A stretch of DNA of 64,000 bases. Source: Eledone cirrhosa. Lineage: Eukaryota. The translations under genes were made by a program, and so were the position numbers. Shown one piece after another: positions 58,017 to 64,000 of the stretch (positions are counted from its first letter, which is position 1; the number at the start of each line of letters is the position of its first letter). Location of the stretch: the NCBI GenBank assembly GCA_964016885.1, contig OZ024742.1, positions 65,534,001 through 65,598,000 on the forward strand. Reading direction: 5' to 3'. Under the pieces are notes generated by a model. The model made no database searches, had not been told where the DNA came from, and saw only the letters and a list, made by a program, of their open reading frames with translations.

Positions 58017-59561
58017 ATGTGTGTGTGTGCCATGAACTCACTTTCTCCGGCTAGAAAGTATTTATAAGTTGATAACTAGGATGTTTTATTCGTCATAATT
58101 GCTGAAATTCAATATAGAGTGTTTGTGTTATCCACTAATATGTTTCTAACCGGCAATACAGAGCCCCATACTTGTAGCCGATGTAAGAGGTTAGGCAATG
58201 CTTTTCTGAAATAAGTTCTGTGGAATGTAGGATAGTGGTTTCATAGTGGTTTCATTGTTCGGAAGATTTTAAATCTAGATCTTTTGTAATATATATATTG
58301 TTATAGTTAGTTTTCGGTTACGTGTGATGTATTCTGTACTCTGTTTTAAGCATTATGTTACCAATCTCTGAATCGATTCGTTATCAAGGTAATACATACT
58401 GATATGGTTTATACTTATCACCTGCAATATGTTTGGTTCACTGATATAAAGACAGAACTAAATTCATTGTTGCCAGAAATGTGACACAAGCTGATATTGT
58501 ATGTAATAGACTGGCGTCGTATCCACGAAATTATTTATCTTTCATTCTTTCTATTATGGATTTAAACAGTACATTTTATTCCACATTAGAGAGATTTATA
58601 TACCATCATGTCACTTGGTGGAAATATATACCAAATCAATATGGGAAATTTCATCTGCGATAAGAGTTTTCTTGAGCCAAATCAATCTAATATATTCAGC
58701 CCATTTCCTTTAAATCTATTTGGTCAAACAAAAGTTATAGTTTACTCCAAGTTCGAGTTGTTTTCGGAGGTTTAGGTCAGCAAAAGTAGAACAAAATGTC
58801 CCACTGAAAATCAATTCAAAATGTCTATAAACAAGAGCAGTCTTCATAAAAACATAATTTGATAATTACTGAATCCAGAACTAAATATTGAATGTGCAGC
58901 AGTATAGCTATTTTCTAACCAAATATGGTGGGCAGACGGATAGAACAATAGGATTAGAAAAAAAAAATGGTTTGATTTCATGCAAATAACCAGGGAAACA
59001 AAAGAAAAAATAGATGGCAAACAATCTTGATGAAATATTTATGATACAAACGAGTGTTCGCAATGTTTTTTTGTTGAGCTTTATATGAATCTCTGTGATG
59101 TTCACTCCATTTTTTTAACAATACAATATTATTAACTACAAAAGAATCAGATCACATTACTACGTTATCCTACCATATGTTCTGTAGATATGAACCAGAG
59201 AAAATAACCTAGCGACCAAACGAGCTTATATCACTGAATGAACATTATAGTTTATTTAAAAACTGCATAGCTTGGAGTACCGAAGCACACTCGCACAAAT
59301 CAATGCTCATACGTAAACTCCCCGAGAGACACAAAAATACAAAATACCAAAAATGCTAACATACATAGGCAGGGGAGACAAACAAATGAAATTAATTTCA
59401 TATAAGTATAGACATAAGAATAGGCAAATACAATTAAACAATAGATACACATCCACAAATATATATGCATATAAACATATATCCATCCATCCATCCATCC
59501 ATACATATATGCATACACAAGCACACACACACACACATATATATATGCATACATACAGAAC

Positions 59562-59592
<31 letters not shown>

Positions 59593-60210
59593 GTGTGTGT
59601 ATATACATTGTACGTATATAATCACACCCACATGGATGTGAATGCCGTAGCTATTGTCGTCGTTGTAGCAGTTGTGTGGACTAAAGATGCGATAGAACGA
59701 ACGTAGAGACCAATGATTAATGAGGTATTGGCAATGTCGACTTTGTTATGGTTGCCGCCGTCATGGTCAGAAGGGTGATAGTAATTGTTATTGGTGGTGG
59801 TATATTAGTTGCTGTTGTCATTGTTGCTGTGGACACTGTTGTCATTATTGTAGTTGCCAACATTGTTGATGACGTTTTAGGCGTCATCGTTGTAGGCCCA
59901 TCGCCGGTTTTTGCGGAATGAAATGGAAGCTGAAGGCGTCTCTTGTGAACCAACGTGAAGGACGATATGATATGGTTCTAGAAAACATGATAGCGATGCC
60001 ACCACCAGATGGTTAATTGGGATATAAAAGGGCAGCTGCCAGACGAATAAGCAACCCCGGACAAACAGCGTTAAACAACTAGGGGATATAGAGGAATGGG
60101 TGACAGCTGTAGCTCCCAATAACACCCATAAATCAGTGATGTTGCTATGAAAAGGCGAGTAGAGGCTCCCTACAAAAAAAGCCTGGTATTCGCGGTTTTG
60201 AGAAAGTACC

Positions 60211-60299
<89 letters not shown>

Positions 60300-60309
60300 T
60301 ATATATATA

Positions 60310-60575
60310 CTTCGTTTTTAAATTTGCAAGCTTTCTTATCTGAAAAGGTGGGTTGAAACAAATATTCTTATAATTTGGGTGGGTTATGTGCACACAACAC
60401 ACAAAAACAGAACAAGGGAGAGACACAAAATAACAAATCAATCACCGAGGAGATCACAGAATGTGTGACAAAAGAAGTTTGAAACAACCAACCGGGAATT
60501 TGGATTACATTGAAGTGAAAACCAACAGGTGCGGGTGTTTATATTGGCAACATGACCATTCCAAAGTATAACAAT
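60310..60575 (+). mobile_element. Family J copy: inverted tail plus body with degenerate hammerhead (60441-60483)
   Basis: Homology to 31785-32095. Confidence 0.65.
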
Positions 60576-60675
60576 ATATGTATATATATATATGTGTGTG
60601 CTTGTGGATGTATGTATTCTGTGTGCGTGTGTGTGTGTGTGTATGTATGTGTGTATCTGGATGTATGCGTATGTG

Positions 60676-60716
<41 letters not shown>

Positions 60717-60846
60717 GTGTGTGTATGTGTATATATGTGTGTGTGTGTGTTTGTATGTGTGTATGTATATATATGTGCGTGTGTATGTATGTGTGGGTGT
60801 GTGTATATATGTGTATGTATATGTGTGTATATATATGTATGTACAC

Positions 60847-60884
<38 letters not shown>

Positions 60885-60933
60885 ATGTATGTGTGTATCT
60901 GGATGTATCTGGATGTATGTGTATGTATATATA

Positions 60934-60965
<32 letters not shown>

Positions 60966-61037
60966 CGTGTGTGTATGTGCATATATATGTGTGTGTATGT
61001 GTGTATGTATATGTATGTGTGTGTGTATGTATGTGTG

Positions 61038-61100
<63 letters not shown>

Positions 61101-61922
61101 ATGTATATGTATATGTATGTATGTATGTGTGGATGAAGGTATGTGTGTATATATAGGTGTAAGTGCACTAAATCCCTTTCTATCAATCTCCCCTCTCCTA
61201 CCGAGCACAGGAAGATATATGTATGTATATTGCTTCCACCCCCTCACTGACCAGCAGCTGGCCATCTGGCCATTGCTAAATTTGACCTTTATAAAATAAC
61301 CCACACCCCCAAATAACTTCTCATTCACTACCAGAAGCAGTCAACGAGCTGCTACCAAGATGAAAACTACTATGAAATCCCACAATGAATTTTATACTTG
61401 AATTTTCAAATCTCAAATTTTAACTCTTCTTATTATTAATTTTTCTTAATATTAATCAACATTTGAAAAGATGGCTTTTGCAGACCCATCGAAACCGGTC
61501 ACTTTTTATACCCTTTATTATTTCCTTACCTTATAAAATTATATGTTTTTTCACAAAAAAGTATTCTGTCTCTTATATATTCCATGTGCCATTACCAACC
61601 TCAATTTTCTCTATAACCTTCGTTTTGTGTAGTAAATTACACTTTTCATATATATATATATATATGAAGGGCTTATGCCCGAAACGTCATCCCCCACCGC
61701 TTGTTCTCAAGCGTGAACCTAATACCAACACTGTTCGTACTGCACTTTTTGTTATTGTTATTGTTATTGTTTTTGTTTTTTGTTTTTCACTTATATATAT
61801 AAATAAATATATATATATAGAGAGAGGTAAAACACTGGAAGGTAATATCCGTAGTGGTAGAGCACTCAGTCCATGGGACGAGTTAGGTAGAAGTAGTTCA
61901 ATAGTATAACAATGACCAGTTA

Positions 61923-61959
61923 GAGCTGAAGATCCGCATAAGATGAAACAATTGTTCTC
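61923..61959 (+). ncRNA. Minimal hammerhead ribozyme
   Basis: gag-CTGAAGA-tc cgcataa gat-GAAA-caattg-tt^ctc. Confidence 0.6.
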
Positions 61960-61985
61960 GGTATGGTGAACTGTGTTGTGTTACT

Positions 61986-62106
<121 letters not shown>

Positions 62107-62112
62107 TATATA

Positions 62113-62382
62113 AGCAAAAGGGATATTTAATTTGTTGGTAATTCAACAAATATATATGTTTATAACTGATTCGAAGCACTCGACAGTGTTTTCTGGAGTA
62201 TTATATCAATGATATTAAATAAATGGAAACCATATTTATTCTATTATATATATTTCAAGGGTACCAAAACTTTGGTACGCCCTCATCAGATAAAATACAA
62301 AGTTTGTTTTATAAATATTGACATATCCAGGAAGATCTTAACGGTTCAAGGTTTTCCTGGAAAACCTTGAACCGTTAAGATT
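62113..62382 (-). mobile_element. Family D copy with full tail and hammerhead at 62237-62297
   Basis: tattttat-CTGATGA-gggcgtacc..ggtaccctt-GAAA-tatata-ta^atagaata; terminal palindrome ~62335-62381. Confidence 0.75.
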
Positions 62383-62716
62383 GATATATATACGTATATA
62401 TATATAAATATATATATATATATAAAAGACAAAATGAGCCCGGATTCCTAATTTTTTTTTAATGTGGTAAAATCACAATATGTATGATAGGTTCTGTGAT
62501 GATCTTCTCATATAACCGTGTCAGAGCAATACATATTGTCATTTGGTAACATAATAAGAATATTTGAAATCATGTCTTATGTTATCTTTTAAATATGGAA
62601 CTCCAATCCTGCACCAAACAAGAAATCTATTTATGTAAGTCACTCTTCTTCCCACAAGCGTGAAACTAGAATGCATCCTCTTGTTTCATTTTTTTTTGTT
62701 TTCTTGACACACGCAC

Positions 62717-62777
<61 letters not shown>

Positions 62778-62781
62778 TATT

Positions 62782-62837
<56 letters not shown>

Positions 62838-62841
62838 TATT

Positions 62842-62885
<44 letters not shown>

Positions 62886-62968
62886 TAAATTTATATGTAT
62901 ACATATATATATATATATATTTATACATATACATATGCATATTCATACATACATATATATATATGTAG

Positions 62969-63041
<73 letters not shown>

Positions 63042-63429
63042 TAAACATTCATATTCGTATTGAACAAATATAACTAGATTGTAGAGGCGATGAAAGGAAT
63101 ACGTCGACATTAATATTTTATCTTGGCTTTTCATCAGAATTATACAAAAAAGAAAACACAAACAAAAAGCAAAACAATGAAAAGCAACAACATAAAAATC
63201 ACAGAGTGTATTGTTTTTTTTTTACTATAATCATTGCCTTGCACTGCCTTCTTTATAACACTATCATAATACATTCATATATGTAACGATTTCTTTGCTG
63301 CTATTACGCATACACACGCGCACACAGACACACATATACAGATATATATATATACTCACACACACACAAACATATATATATATATATATATATAAATGTG
63401 CATAATACTTATGCATATATATATATATA

Positions 63430-63600
63430 TAGGAAAATGTTCAAGACCCCGACGGCAGAGCTCAAGCCCTTTCGACGTCGAAACGGCTTGAGCTCTGCCG
63501 TCGAGGTCTTGAACATTTTCCTATTACCCACTGTACTACCCTAAGTATTGAGTACTCTGGTGCGTTATGGTCCACCTGGTTCCTTACCACACTTCCTTGG

Positions 63601-63654
<54 letters not shown>

Positions 63655-63830
63655 CAAAGGAATTGTGGTAAGGAGCCAGCTGGACGATAACGCACCTTAG
63701 GGTAGTAGAGTGGGAAATGGGAAAAAGTATGACCCCGACGGCAGAACTCAAGCCGTTTCGACGGCTATTTCTGGACAGAAATAGCCGTCGAAACGGCTTG
63801 AGCTCTGACGTCGGAGTCATACTTTTTCCT
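63430..63830. mobile_element. Two family H fold-back copies, tail-to-tail across a (TA)n tract
   Basis: Palindromes ~63430-63523 (apex GACGTC) and ~63720-63830. Confidence 0.8.
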
Positions 63831-64000
63831 ATATATATATATATTATATATAATATATATATAATATATATATGTATATATATACATGTACAATATATTC
63901 CCTCCTCTGGCTAAGCGCTTGCGCACTCTGTATTTGCGTAATTTGCCTAAAGGCATAAGTTGTCTCTACCCGTTTTGTTATGTCCCAATAGGTAATCAAA

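Noticed and set aside
59880-60200. Moderately GC-rich stretch resembling a decayed LINE C-terminus
   Set aside because: No diagnostic motif could be read with confidence

Overview
AT-rich animal DNA, most likely an octopus or other coleoid cephalopod (inferred from the abundant octopus-type tRNA-SINE and the (TA)n/(CA)n/(TATG)n density). No host gene can be called with confidence, and most ORFs in the track are microsatellite artefacts. The window is a mosaic of transposon relics: three Naiad-like Penelope-like elements (PLEs) with C-terminal GIY-YIG, a fourth decayed PLE RT, RTE LINE 3' ends, an R4/Dong-type LINE, an L1/Tx1 LINE with its RT deleted, a CMC/Chapaev3-like DNA transposon, a Helentron-type HINE and several SINEs. 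The most striking pattern is a set of short non-coding elements, about ten unrelated sequence families, inserted in (TA)n tracts. Most carry a minimal hammerhead ribozyme with a palindromic stem III, and many are fold-back or split-and-flipped copies. One family carries a 72-nt tRNA-like cloverleaf with its own T5 terminator. One PLE ORF has an in-frame TGA exactly at a conserved zinc-finger Cys (possible selenocysteine). All alignments and folds were done by eye, so element boundaries are approximate.
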